NCBI GenBank assembly: GCA_016618085.1
Contig: JABLTG010000113.1
Coordinates: 1 to 64,000 of the forward strand
From: Neovahlkampfia damariscottae
Lineage: Eukaryota
Reading direction: 5' to 3'
DNA length: 64,000 nt
Positions 13,415-25,846 of the stretch are shown one piece after another. The first letter of the stretch is position 1. Every line of letters begins with the position of its first letter. The notes under the pieces are model-generated. The model worked only from the letters and a program-made list of their open reading frames with translations. It did no database searches and was not told where the DNA came from. Position numbers and translations under genes: made by a program.

Positions 13415-14816
13415 ATGGTTCGAATTGACAAAGACAACTAAATTTTTTCTCATAGTCTCATAAAGCGAACAAATTCAATAAAAAAAAATCTGTTACATTC
13501 AATTTAAGTCAAACTATTGTCAATGATCCAAAACACGGAAAAATTATCAAAACTGAATTCATTCCTTATAAAAAGGATTTGGTAAAAAAACAAAACAAAA
13601 TTTATTTCATTTTTTATGATAGCCAAAAGATGCAGGTATGAGAAAAATCTATGAAGAATACGCAACGGAACCAAAATTATACAAATCTGAAGTTGTTCTT
13701 GAAACAAAAAAAAATCCTGATGGTGGAGAAACACTTAAATACACTTTGGTCAATAAACCATTTGATCCATCTGTTGGTTGGAATCCAGAACATCCAGATC
13801 TTCAAGTAGAAGAATCATACGAAGACGAAAATGGTGATTTAATTGAACAATTTATTGAAGAGGATTATTATGAAGATGAAGAAGGTTTTGAAGAAGGTGG
13901 ATATGATGATGATGATTTTGAAGAAGCAGAAGAAGATTTTGAGGAAGCAGAAGAAGAACCACCAATTTTAGAAGAAATTGAACAAGAACAAGAAGAAACA
14001 ACTAAAAAAATGAAAAAAGAGGAAATTATTAATCTCTCTGGAGAAGATTATCAAAAAAAACTTGATGAAGAATTTGATAGTTTTGTTCATAATTATGACG
14101 ATGAAGAAATTGGCGAATTAGAAGATAAAGATATTGTTGGAGAAAAAAAAGAATTAGATATTGAGCATTATATCAAAGATTTATTAGAAAATCCAGAATA
14201 TAACTTGGGTAGATATTATGAAGATGAAGATGAAAAAGTTGTGACAAAAGAAGAAGTTGATGAATTTGCTGGTGCATTAGGTGGTCTTGCATTTAAAAAG
14301 GGTGATAATCCATACTCAAAAGTAACAAAAGATGAGATTATTGAATATACATTGGAGGCTATTAGAAGACAAAAAGAAGAAGAAGAAGCAAGAGAAGGTG
14401 AAGAAGAAGAAGATATTTTAGAACCATATTTAAGAGAAAAAGAAGAACAGTGGGATTGTGAATCAATAATTTCAACTTATTCAAACACAGAAAATCACCC
14501 AAAATTATTATTTGAAGAAGATGATAAAAAGAAAATTAAACTTTCAGCAAAATCAGGAATTCCATTAAATGTTTTGAACTCTAGACCAATTATTAAAAAA
14601 AAGAAAGCTCCAGTTGTAAAAGATTTAGGAAATTCAAGAGATAAATTAGAATCTTTGGAAGATAAGAGATTAAGAAAACAACAAGTCAAACAAGCAAAAA
14701 GAGAAAAAAGAGAAGTCAAAAAAGCAACAAAAGATGCTTTCAAAAAAGAAGAAGTTAAACAATCTAAAATTAATGCAATTCCACAACAAAAACAAAAAAT
14801 TGTTGTCAAGTATTAA
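13415..14816 (+). CDS. LTV1: 40S ribosome biogenesis factor LTV1
   Basis: WDCESIISTYSNTENHPKL, YDDEEIGELE, basic coiled-coil C-terminus; the first coding exon appears to be ATG only. Confidence 0.9.
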
Positions 14817-14820
14817 ATGT

Positions 14821-17213
14821 TTAGTTTATTTTTGTAAATTTGTGGAAATTTTTATGACTTGGCATGTATTCAAATTCTAAATTGATTCTATCATCATAAC
14901 ATGCTTCACACAACAGCAAATTTGAACAAGTTTTGCACGAGAATAATGCACCTTCTGTTTGGTTTTTACAATTGAAACATTTTTGTGTTTTCATACTTTC
15001 TGCTTCAGGTATTAATTCCATTTCATGATTTTTTTCATGTGTTTTCATTTCTTTTTGTTTGAAAAAACAATTTCTGCATAAATTGATATCTGGACAAATT
15101 AAGCATCGCACTCTTTCACCAATGATAGGGCAAACCAAACAACCATTGCATCGAATTCTGTGGTGAACTGGAAAACCAGCGCCATGAGCTGGAACTTCTA
15201 ATGCTTCAAAAACATGTTTTTCATCATGCGTTTTATTCAATAAAACTTCAACTTCAAAACAAGCTTCACAAACATCAAATTCTTCGCATGTTGTACAAGA
15301 AAATCTAACTCCACAAATTGGATATTGTCCACATTTATCACATGTAAACCAGTCATGATAAACTGTTTCTTCAAGATTATTGTCAAATTGAAAGAAATCA
15401 TTTTTATCAAGTTTTTCAATGCATTTGTGGCAGGTATCCTTTCCAACTTCTTTTTTATGTTTGTATCGTGCATTTCCGTCTTCAATTGCTTCTGCACAAA
15501 GATGGCAAACAAAAACCCAAACCTTTTGATCAAATGCAGGTCCTAAACGATTACCAAGAGACAACCAACCACTTCGTATACTTTAATGGAGTTAATGAAT
15601 TTTCTAAACTTACTTATGATTCCTTGCAAAAACTTCAACTTTCCTACCACCTGGCACCATTGCCTCAATCAATTGATATTGCTCTTCAGGTTTTCGAGAT
15701 TGCATTCCAACTTTTCCAAATATGATATCTTAATGAAAATTAAAATTGGATTATTATTTTTTTACCATTAGAAACCTTTGAAATGAATTGTAATTTGGAA
15801 GTTTTTGTTGAATGTTTAACACCAATCAAACAAATCTCAACTGAGTGCAACAAGTAATATCCTGTTGAAACATATATTGTTGTTGAATTACTCTTGCTCT
15901 TTTTCACCCATGTTATTTTATCAACATATGAATACCCCCATTTATTCAAGCATTGAAGACCAAATTGTAGATGTGAATTAGTTACCCAAAGAAAACAAAA
16001 TCCACTTTGAGAAAGACTCTCAACATCCAAATCGATAATTTCTTCATTTGATAACGTTTGATAATTCAACTTGAAGTTATCTAAAATTTGATGAGATTTG
16101 AAATTTAAAATAATTACTGTTGCTAAACATATTTGCTGAATCGCCATGTCTTTGTCCTCCTAATACTCTCCAAGGTGGATCAATAAGAACAACGTCAAAA
16201 TCACCCAATGATGCAAAATTGAAATATCTAACGTCACAATTGATGTAAGTTCCTTGTTTGTACTGTTTAATTTTATGTTTGTCAGCACTCTTTCCAAGAG
16301 CTCTTTTTATATGAGCAACAGAATCTAGTTTTAATTTAACAAAATTAAGATTTTACAATTTTCAAATGTATCTTTCACTTTTGGAATTATTTCTTTTTTT
16401 TTTGGTTTTTTTTCAATGATACTTTGATACTCTGATATATTTTCAACTTCAATTCCACCTCCTTTTATCGGTCTAATATCTGGTTAATGTTCAATAAAAA
16501 AAACATACACATCTTTTTCATCTGATTGTAATTCACTATTTTCATCAATTTCTTTGACTTCAGCAAATGGAGAAGGTTTTTTGTCTTCAAATAATCCTAC
16601 TAAAGGTTGTTCTTTTTCATAATCTGAATCACCGTCTTCAAACTGATCACTATCACTTTCATAATATGATATGTTTTTTTTTGGTGTTGTTTCTTCAATT
16701 GGCTGTTCTATTGATTCTAATTCTTCAAATACTTCCTCTGTCTTTTTTTCAAAATTTGATTTTCCTTGTACAATTTTAATTTTTACCGGTTTTGTTTTGT
16801 TTATTTCTTCAATGATTTGTTTTTCTGGTGATTTTTCAGGAGACTTTTTAATTTCTTCAGATTGATAATATAACTTTATAGGTTCATTTTCATGTCTTTC
16901 TTCATTGTTTAATTTCACTTTTTTCACCAAATTCGCTGTGTCTAATAAAAATTTCAAAATTAAGAAAATTCTTACCAAAAAAATTGTAAACATTTTCTTT
17001 GTGTTCAAAAATTTTTCTTTTTAAGTCATAACTGTCATCTTGTGGATCATTTAGGACACTTTTCAGTTGAGCAGACATGCTTCTTGTAGTCACAAGAGCA
17101 TATGGGTCAACAATATCATTTTGAATAGTTTCTGTTGATGTTTCACCATTTATTTTTTCATTTTTCTTCTCATCAGCATCATGGTCTTTTTGACTTTTAT
17201 CGATTGCATCCAT
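14821..17213 (-). CDS. MT-A70 family N6-adenine methyltransferase with C-terminal ZZ zinc fingers (AMT2/AMT5-like)
   Basis: Six introns join the ORFs: INCDVRYFNF, DVVLIDPPW (DPPW at 16170-16181), GFCFLWVTN, QSRKPEE, EVFARNHN, GWLSLGN, then ZZ repeats (CDKC..PICGVRFSCTTCEEFDVCEAC). Confidence 0.88.
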
Positions 17214-17831
17214 GAGCAAAAATAATAAAGAAGAGTTGAACCAATAGGAGAGATTCTAATCATTTATTCTCACCTAAAAAGAGAATAAACATTTCCAAAA
17301 CGAGAAAAGTTGGAGACGTATATGACCAACGGTTAAAATTATGATCTGGGTAAGAACGATGATATCCATTTTAATTCTGGATTAATTCAGTGATGGATTG
17401 TTCGTTTTGTGAAGTTGAAGCAAAAACATTTATTTATCCAGAAATTCAAAGTGAACAACAATAATTTAATGAACAACTGAAATGAAAAAGTTATATTATT
17501 GATATCAAATACCAACTGAGTGGACAAATTGTGGAGAACTTTTTTTTCAACCCAACCTTGATTCGAAAGATCAAATTGGTTAATTTTTTTGATCTAAACA
17601 AGAGCTGGTTCTATTTTCTGTTGAAAAATAGGCATGACTTTGGAGGTTGAAGTTTCTTTTAGACAGGTCAGAAGTGTTGAAGGGAAAAATGAATTTGATT
17701 GGTTATTCAGAAAGAACATTTTTTGTTTAAAAATAAAATTTAAACCACCGTATTTCATGTGATATTTCAACAAGTTTCTAAATTTGCATAAACTGCCGGA
17801 AAAATAGACCAATCAAAGAAATTGTGGAAAA

Positions 17832-19718
17832 ATGTCGTTTTTGTTTAAGAACAAACCACGCTGTTTTGAAAAAGAAATTGAAGAACTTGTACAAACTGAA
17901 AAAAAACAGTACCCAGATCAATTTGATGACATACCTTTGATACTTTGTTTATCCATCGATATTTTAGAAAAACAAGATTATAAAGAAGGTTTTTTTCTTT
18001 TTTTATTTATTTTTCAAGGTATTTTCAGAATATCTGGCAACCAAAATGTTATTAAAAAACTTGTTACCAAGTGTGACTCAATTTCCTTGAAACCATCAAG
18101 TTTTAAAAAAGAACTAGAAAAAGAAATACAAGCTTCTGAAGGACAATACGCCATTGCAAGTTTAATGAAAAAGTATTTATTAAAGTTACCTGACCCAATT
18201 GTAAATTATGAGTTGTACCCAAAATTTCTTGAAGTGAATGAAATTGAAGATGACAAAGAAAAATTAATAAAATTGAAAGAATGTGTTTACGATTTATCAA
18301 ATGTTCGAAGAAAGACAATGAAAAAATTGATGAAATTATTGTATAAAATTCATTTGGACGTTGAAAATACTAAAATGTCTGCAGGAAATTTAGGTATTAA
18401 ATTTATTTTATAATTCTTTTTTTAAACAGCAAAAGCAGTTGGAGGTTCTATTATCAGAAACCAGGAAATGAATTCAATTACAAATTTAGGAGCTATGAGA
18501 AATTCACAAGATTGTGTTGAACAAATTATTTTGAATTATGGATACATCTTTGAAGGTGAAAAATTGAAGATTGATGATGAAACAGTTGAAGGAGAAGAAG
18601 AACAACAAGAAAAAGTTCCAATGGAAGAAGTAGTCTCTCAACAAGAAGAATTAGCTTATGAACAAGAAGAAGAAGAGAAGTGTGTACAAGAAGAAGTTTC
18701 AGTACAAGAAGAAGAAGTAACATACGAACAACCTGAAGAGGAAGTATATCAAGAAGATGAAGAAGCTCCAGTCAAAGAAGAAACCACAGAACAAAATTAT
18801 CAGGAACAGGTTGAAAAAGAAGAAATCACTGATCCTGTTATGGAAGCACAAATTCCACTAAAACAAGCCATTAATCGTCAAATCAAATTAGTGTCAAATG
18901 AAATTGATGAAGAAATACTTAGCAAAAAAAGAAGGCAGAGAATTAGAACATTTGGTGTTCTCGCTTTGAAACAAGAAATTGAAAAGTATGACATTGATCA
19001 TGAATACGATGAATATGAACAAACATATCAAGATGAGCAGGAAGAAATTGGATATGAAGAACCACAACAAGAAGAAGAAATTTCTGAATATGAATATTAT
19101 CTTGGAGAGTTTCAAAATCAAGGTAAACCTCAAACAGAAGAAGAATATTATCAACAAAAAGCTGAAGAACAACAAGAATTTGAGTATTCTCAACAAGATG
19201 TTGGAGATGTTTATGACGAAGGAGAATATTACACTCAAGAAGAGTATCATCAAGAAGATGGACAATCACATTATCCAGAAGAAGCTGAATATCCTCAACA
19301 GGAATACTATGAAGATGAATACTATTTAAAACAATATGAAAATCCACAAGACGAAGAAGTTAATGAAGAAGAGGACCAACAAGCAGAATTAACTCAAGAA
19401 ACAACTGAACAAATTCAATATGACAATGTTAGTGAAGAGCATGTCCAAGAAGAACAATATGAATTTCAAAGAGAATCATTTGACGCAAAATCGGAATACT
19501 ATGAATATCAAAGTCACCAACATCAAGAAGAGGAAGAAGAAGAAAGAGATTTTAGTGATATAGAACAATATCATAACTCTGGACAAGAACAATTAACTCT
19601 ATCATTGCAAGAACAAATGAAACAACAAATTGTAAAACAACAAGAAAAAAAAGAAAACAAAAGAAATACCATTTTTGGATTGACAACAGAAGAATTTGAT
19701 GAAAATCATTTTAATTGA
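17832..19718 (+). CDS. RhoGAP with a long Glu/Gln/Tyr-rich acidic tail
   Basis: EG|IFRISG arginine finger, IASLMKKYLLKLPDP, NTKMSAGNL; an intron joins it to the 18468 ORF. Confidence 0.88.
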
Positions 19719-19755
19719 AAATTAATCCATTTTACAAAGCAATAAACCTTTTTTA

Positions 19756-21208
19756 TTAAATTCTTGTGAATTGTTCTTTGAAAATGACTGCAGCAGTACA
19801 AAAGATCATAAAAAGAACACCGACAATTAGTACAAAAAATGGAAGAATTGATGACAAAATTTTGTATGGAGTTAATTTTCGTTCTTCAAAAATTACTAAT
19901 TTTATGTACATCATTGAAGGAATTACATACATCAATAAACTACCTGTCAAAGAACCAACAAGTCCAAAAATCTATGAAATGATAAGAAAATCAATAAAGT
20001 TACAATTCCGACATCAGGCACAATGCTTGCGACTGTGTAGCTCACTGAAATGATGATAAATGCCCAGAAATAATGTTTTTCAGTTTCGAATTGTTTTAGG
20101 ACGTTTACAAAGATCAAATTCAATGAATTTCTGCATGCAAATAATTGTGAAGCAAAAGAAGCAATCGTTGAAAATGCAACCCCAACTTGAGCAATTGCAA
20201 TAGGAATATTAAAATGATCACTTCCTAAATTTACCAAAATATTGTCTTTTGTTAGTTCAAAATAAGTCAAATATCCTATAATTCCACCGATAAGATAAAT
20301 TGTGGAATAAATCAAAATTGTAGTCATCGAAGCAAAATTCATTCTGGTTACTGTTCTGTTATTCAACTCTTCTGAAATTGGAAAAACTAAATGATGGCAA
20401 TTTTGAGCAAACACAAAGATTGGTAATGCTAATATCATTTGAGGTGAAAAATTGAACCAAACAATTTGATCTTTTGGATTCGAAACATTTGGAAGAAAAA
20501 TTCGATTAACTCCTAATAAAATCACCAGATATACAATTGATACGATAGCAGCAAGGCAAAAGTATTTCAAAGCATCAAATGATTTTAAACATGCTATTGG
20601 AAAAACGATAACGAAACAAATTAAGGCAGTGATGACTTTATGAAAATGTGAAAAAAATAGAGAATTACAATAGTGATTATAAAAAATCCAATGAACGTGA
20701 CCATGCCAATAAGTGATAAAAATCGCTTTCAACAATGGTGTCAAGCATTCTCCAATGATTACAACGTATCCAATGGTCATTCCAACCGTCAATAAAACTA
20801 TCATCATTTTACAAATGAATCCAAATACTTTTCCAAAAGCTGCTTCAGCAGTTTCTTCGAGAGTGAATTTCTCGCATTTATCTATCGTCATTGTTACCAT
20901 ATAAAGAGAATACGCCGTCAATGTGGTCACAAAAAAATACATTATCAATCCTCCTGCTAAACCAGCGTTTTTAAAAGCCTAAAACATTAAATTTTATGTT
21001 TCTATGAATTACATATGGTAATAATAATATTCCAGCACCTAAATTTTTTTCATGTTAAATTTTTATTGAAGTTACCCACTGTAACGTTCAACAGATTTGC
21101 TACTGTGCTGAACAGACTTGCTTCACCTTTTCCTTTAATAAATTCTTCTTCTTCTTCTTCAGAGTATATCAGACCTGAGACCAACTTCGTTTCTTCGTTT
21201 ATAGACAT
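19756..21208 (-). CDS. AAAP/SLC38-type amino acid transporter
   Basis: NLLNVTVG|AGILLLPY|AFKNAG, FVFAQNCH, GYLTY..KDNIL, multiple TM helices, four introns. Confidence 0.9.
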
Positions 21209-21406
21209 TTTAACCAAACCGACAAACCAATCAACAATTCCAACCAATAAAATAGAATTAGTAAAAAAAATACCAAATTTGGATCTTTACACCGCATGGA
21301 AAACAATTGAAGCAACTTCCAATTTTAAGTTCAAAGCTAGGTTGAGAACCAAAAATAAATTCGATTCCATCCATTGGTCAAAATTATTTATCCATAACAA
21401 CTGAGC

Positions 21407-23143
21407 ATGTCGTTACTCACAAAGTCAACTTCCAAATCAAATCAAAAATATCACTACATTGGACCCTCTGTAGAAATTAAATCAATTTCTGGTACAAACT
21501 TGGTCGCCAAAGACATCAATGGTAAATGAAAAATAATGTTGATGAATTTCAGGTTTTTCTGATCCATACGTAATTTTTAAAACTGGAAATTTCACGTATA
21601 AATCAAAAATACAAAAAAAAACTTTGAACCCAAACTGGGCAGATGAATTTTCACTTTTTGTTTCTTCAAAATATTTAACATACGTAGGAATACTTCAAAT
21701 TGAATGCTGGGATCATGATATCTTAAAATCAGATGACTTCCTTGGAAAATGTTTCTTTTCACTTCAAAAATTAAAAAATAATGAAACACAAATCGTTAAA
21801 CTTAATTTAGCTGGAGTTAAGAATGGAACCATTGAATTTGAAATAACAGCAAAAGATTTTGATATAAAAACAGACATTATTTATGAAGATGTTATGGGTT
21901 TGGAAAATCCTTATCATTCTGTTCTTGAAAAATTGAAAGATTCTACCTATCAAAATTCAATGTCTGACAGAATGATTCTTTCAGTGGCAGAATCATTATC
22001 TAATATTGAGGAATTGAAGAAAAAGTATCTATCCATATCATGGGCAGAAACAATTAAATTACAAAAAGAACTACAAACACACAGTTCCAGTAATATTTTA
22101 TCTGAAGAAGAAAAACTTAATGCTTGTGTCGACGAGACTGATGATGAGATTTTGTTGAACGAACAAATCGATGACTCTTCTAATGACTTGAAAGAGCTTG
22201 AAATAAAAGAAAAATTGAACGAAGAAATTTGGTAACATAAAAAAAAACTATCCAACTTATTTCTAATAGGTTGAAAGAAAATGTGAAAATTAAAATAATC
22301 TTCATTGATCAATTGAAGGATGATAAAGTTCTGGTTGAAATGAGAAAATTTTTTTCTCCAATAATTTCCAATGTTTCAGGATCAAAAATGGGTCTTTTTC
22401 ATTCGGCTTTGATGATAGGACCATGGCTATTGGAATGGAATAATAGCGCTTTATGCATACCCAGAAAGTGTGTTTCTACTGCTGCTTTCTTGAGTGCGGA
22501 TATTGCAGAGATTCAAACAGTAGAAAATCTGGAATCTGTTCGTGACAAATTAGCTTCAATTATCATTTTGTGGAACACATCAATGGAATATGATAAACTA
22601 AACAATAAAAAAGGACGTGGGAACTGTCAATTATTTGTTGAATCGGTTCTAGAAGCAATTGATGTCAAAATTAACTTCACAGGTCCACTTGCAAAATACC
22701 TAAAAAATATGCGTGAAAAGGGTGCTTCAAAACTTTCTTTCCAGGCAGACAAAGAATTTCAAAAGAAATTTCAATTAAAGTTGGACACTGTTGTATTCGA
22801 AAATCATGCAGATCTTGACATTTTCACAGCAAATTTGATTGAAATTGATTCAGATTTTGAAAAAAATCACAAAGATGAATTTTTATTGCTAAAAAGCTTT
22901 GATAGAGCATTTTGGATGAAATACTATAAGAAATTAGAACAAGTTGATAAAATAACCAAACAAATTGATGCTTTAAAAAATGGGAAATTCACGCCTTTGA
23001 GACAAAAGCAGGTAGATGCAAAAATTGAAATGTTGAAAGAAAAAATGAAAAATTTGAAAATTGAAGGTGAAAAAGATATTGCTTGGGAAGTTAATAATTG
23101 TCCATTTTCTGATCCTTCAAAGACTAAATCATTCAGATTTTAG
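21407..23143 (+). CDS. C2 domain + putative permuted papain-like (PPPDE/NlpC-P60-like) peptidase
   Basis: C2: LVAKDING|FSDPYV...LNPNW...WDHDILKSDDFLG; then GLFHSALMIGPWLLEW and GNCQLFVE (His before Cys). Confidence 0.75.
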
Positions 23144-23199
23144 AAACACATTTTTATTTGTAGAAATTTTTGTATTCATTTTCTGAACATTGAAATAAA

Positions 23200-23440
23200 A
23201 ATAGCATTGCTTTTGAACCTATCTTCTAGGTGTTTTGATCTTCATTTTTCATGGTTTACCATATAATGCATGTGATGGTTCATGTCCAGAGCCTCCACTC
23301 AAAACAGCGTTCCTTTTCTCACATTTTCTATATTACAATAATATTATGTCCTTTGATCAACTTCAAATGAGAATGAGTTTTTACAGTTCCTTTTATCTGA
23401 AACCAGAGATTCAGGAGTGTTCTACAATTTCTTTTTTTTA
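23200..23440 (-). pseudogene. Degraded 5' fragment of a dihydroxyacetone kinase (DAK1/DhaK) gene
   Basis: AVLSGGSGHEPSHALY (GGSGHEPSHA at 23267-23296), preceded by IKGTVKTHSHLKLIKGHNIIV, with in-frame stops and a frameshift; no downstream body. Confidence 0.7.
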
Positions 23441-23481
23441 CAAAGATTTCTAATTGGTTTAATTTTTTTCAACCAACAGAA

Positions 23482-23892
23482 ATGTTAGAATTTTCTTCAC
23501 CCGAAAATGCAGTTGCTTCATTTCTTTCAAACATCAACCAAGGAAATTATAAAGCAGCATTAAACCAGTTAACAAAAGATGCTTTGATGGTCAGTGATGA
23601 AAAATCATTCACTGAGTTTCCTGAAAAATGTCTTTTCGAAATTTTCCATCATGAAAAATCAAAAACCTTTTTGTTTTCAGCAAACGATATTTACCACAAA
23701 GAATCAAATAATATATTTTTACATCAAGGTTATATTCAAAAATTTGAAGGTGTTCATGGAAACCTTTTAAGCTTACTACAAGTAGAAGATACATTAGTCA
23801 AAGAAGAAAACTCTTCAAAATGGTTATTTTCATCAAGAAAATTTAAAACAGTATTCATGGAATCCGATGAAAATCAAAGAGTAAAATTGTAA
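23482..23892 (+). CDS. SnoaL/NTF2-like domain protein
   Basis: 136 aa; AVASFLSNINQGNYKAALNQLTKDA...VEDTLVKE...WLFSSR pattern. Confidence 0.65.
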   Translation: MLEFSSPENAVASFLSNINQGNYKAALNQLTKDALMVSDEKSFTEFPEKCLFEIFHHEKSKTFLFSANDIYHKESNNIFLHQGYIQKFEGVHGNLLSLLQVEDTLVKEENSSKWLFSSRKFKTVFMESDENQRVKL

Positions 23893-23924
23893 AAAAAAGA
23901 TTCTGGTTAATTTTCTTTAGAGGA

Positions 23925-24893
23925 ATGACAAAAAGTGAGTATGATTTGTATAAAGTAGTTCAACGAAAACCGTTCAGAATTATCTTAATTAGACATGGTC
24001 AAAGTCAAGGAAACATTGATAACAAGACTTATGCTACAACTCCTGATAATAAAATTAGTTTGACAGATTTAGGTCTTGAACAAGCTAGAGCTGCTGGAAG
24101 AAATTTGAAAAAATTGGTTGGTGATGAATCTTGCTTTTTTTATCTATCTCCATTTCTGAGAACAAGACAAACCTTTGAACAATTGGCAAAGGCTTGGGTA
24201 AAGAAAGATTGTTAATTTTTTTTTCCAAAAGGGCGGTCATGAAAAAGTTAAATCTATGGTTGAACCAAGACTTCGAGAACAAGAATGGGGTAACTTTCAA
24301 AATCCAGTAAGATAAATGTTTAAATTTTTACACCTTTATTCAGGACATCATGAAGGTTTAAAGTTATTTTATTTTATTTTTTCAACAGCAAGTGATGACT
24401 GACAGAAGAACTTTGGGTTCTTTTTACTATCGTTTTCCAACAGGTGAATCTGGAGCTGATGTATGCGAGAGGGTTGCTACTTTCATTGACAGTCTTCATA
24501 GAAATTTTCAAGAAAAAAAAAAAGCAAGAAATGTAATTCTTGTGACTCATGGACTTACCTGTAGATTATTTTTAATGAAATGGTTCCATTGGGATGTAGA
24601 TGTATTTCACAATTTGTATAACTTTGATAGTAATTTTTTTTTAAATTTTTAACACGACAATTGTAGATTGTCAATACGCAATTATGGAAAGACAAGACTC
24701 AGGAAAGTATAAATTAAAAACACCTTTAAAAGCTAATGTGGGTCATTTTCCTCCAAAATCAGATTTCGACATACCAAAAGAAATTGATGAAAAGTTAAAA
24801 GTTGAAGGAGAAGAAAGAATGTTGAAAGAATCTTTTTCACCAAGAGTAACATCTAAAAAAGATGATCCATTTGCGCAATTTGTTTCCGAATAA
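23925..24893 (+). CDS. Histidine phosphatase / phosphoglycerate mutase-like (Det1-like) protein
   Basis: LIRHGQSQGN, SPFLRTRQT, EPRLREQEWGNFQ, FYYRFPTGESGADV, LVTHG; 12-nt micro-exon at 24344-24355. Confidence 0.9.
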
Positions 24894-24930
24894 GAATAAA
24901 CACTATCATAAAATTACAATTTTCTATTTT

Positions 24931-25584
24931 TTATTGCTTTGGTGAGCTGTCCAGTGTTATCATTTGAGTACCAACTGTAATAGAAATTGTAAATTCATCA
25001 TAAATTTCTACTATACTGAGTACTTTCATCGGAACTCCATGAACTTTACTTACTGTTGGAAAAAGAAATGATCTTCCTTTTGTATCTCGTTGTTTTTCAA
25101 AATGATCAAAAGTCCCGTCTATCAGACATTTCTCTCTTATTAATTGAGTGGCATAATTGACTTTTGTGTGTAAATCTTCGAATTTATATCCACAATGCTC
25201 CTTTGAAAAATTAAGAATAAAAAAAAACTATTTTACAGCTCCTGATCGATTCCAAGTTAAAACAGTTGCATTTTCACCGTGTATTATTATTGGAATTTTT
25301 GTTCTTTCAAAAATTAATCCGTAAATATTGGAAATGTGATTTTTAACTTTTTCTTTTGTTTCCAGATTGTATTTTAAAGTTTCTTTTCGTTCTTTCAGTT
25401 CTTCAATTTGTTTTTTCTGTTCCATTATTAATTTTTCATATTCTTCAATTTGGTCTGTCAAAAAAGACCTTTTCTTTTCGATTTTTCTGTACATCTCAGT
25501 GGATTGAACATCAAATAGTTCAAAGTTCTGAATTAAGTTCTCGGAGTTCGTGGGTTCATCGTGAGAGACCTCTGGAGATTTCAT
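24931..25584 (-). CDS. Coiled-coil + PAS-like domain protein
   Basis: Heptad region, then LIFERTKIPIIIHGENATVLTWNRSGA|EHCGYKFEDL; one intron; stop at 24931-24933. Confidence 0.65.
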
Positions 25585-25846
25585 GGGTTTATTTTGAAGA
25601 TTCAAGTGTCAAAATTGAAAATAAGTTAGCAAATAGGAACTTAACACGTGGCAATTAATTGTTGGATGATTAACGAAAAAGGCAATTTTTTTTCAATTAC
25701 GGACATCTTCTTTCCTTTTTTTGTCCCTCACAGCCAAAAACTCCACTTGATTATTAATCATTGAATAAACAATGAAACTAGTTTTTTTCCTAATTGAAAA
25801 AAAAAATTAAATCTAATTGGTCCACAGTCTCTAACCAAAACAGTTG

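Noticed and set aside
18526..19347. Antisense and alternate-frame ORFs over the RhoGAP tail, and similar shadow ORFs elsewhere
   Set aside because: By-products of GAA/CAA-rich low-complexity coding sequence; no motifs.
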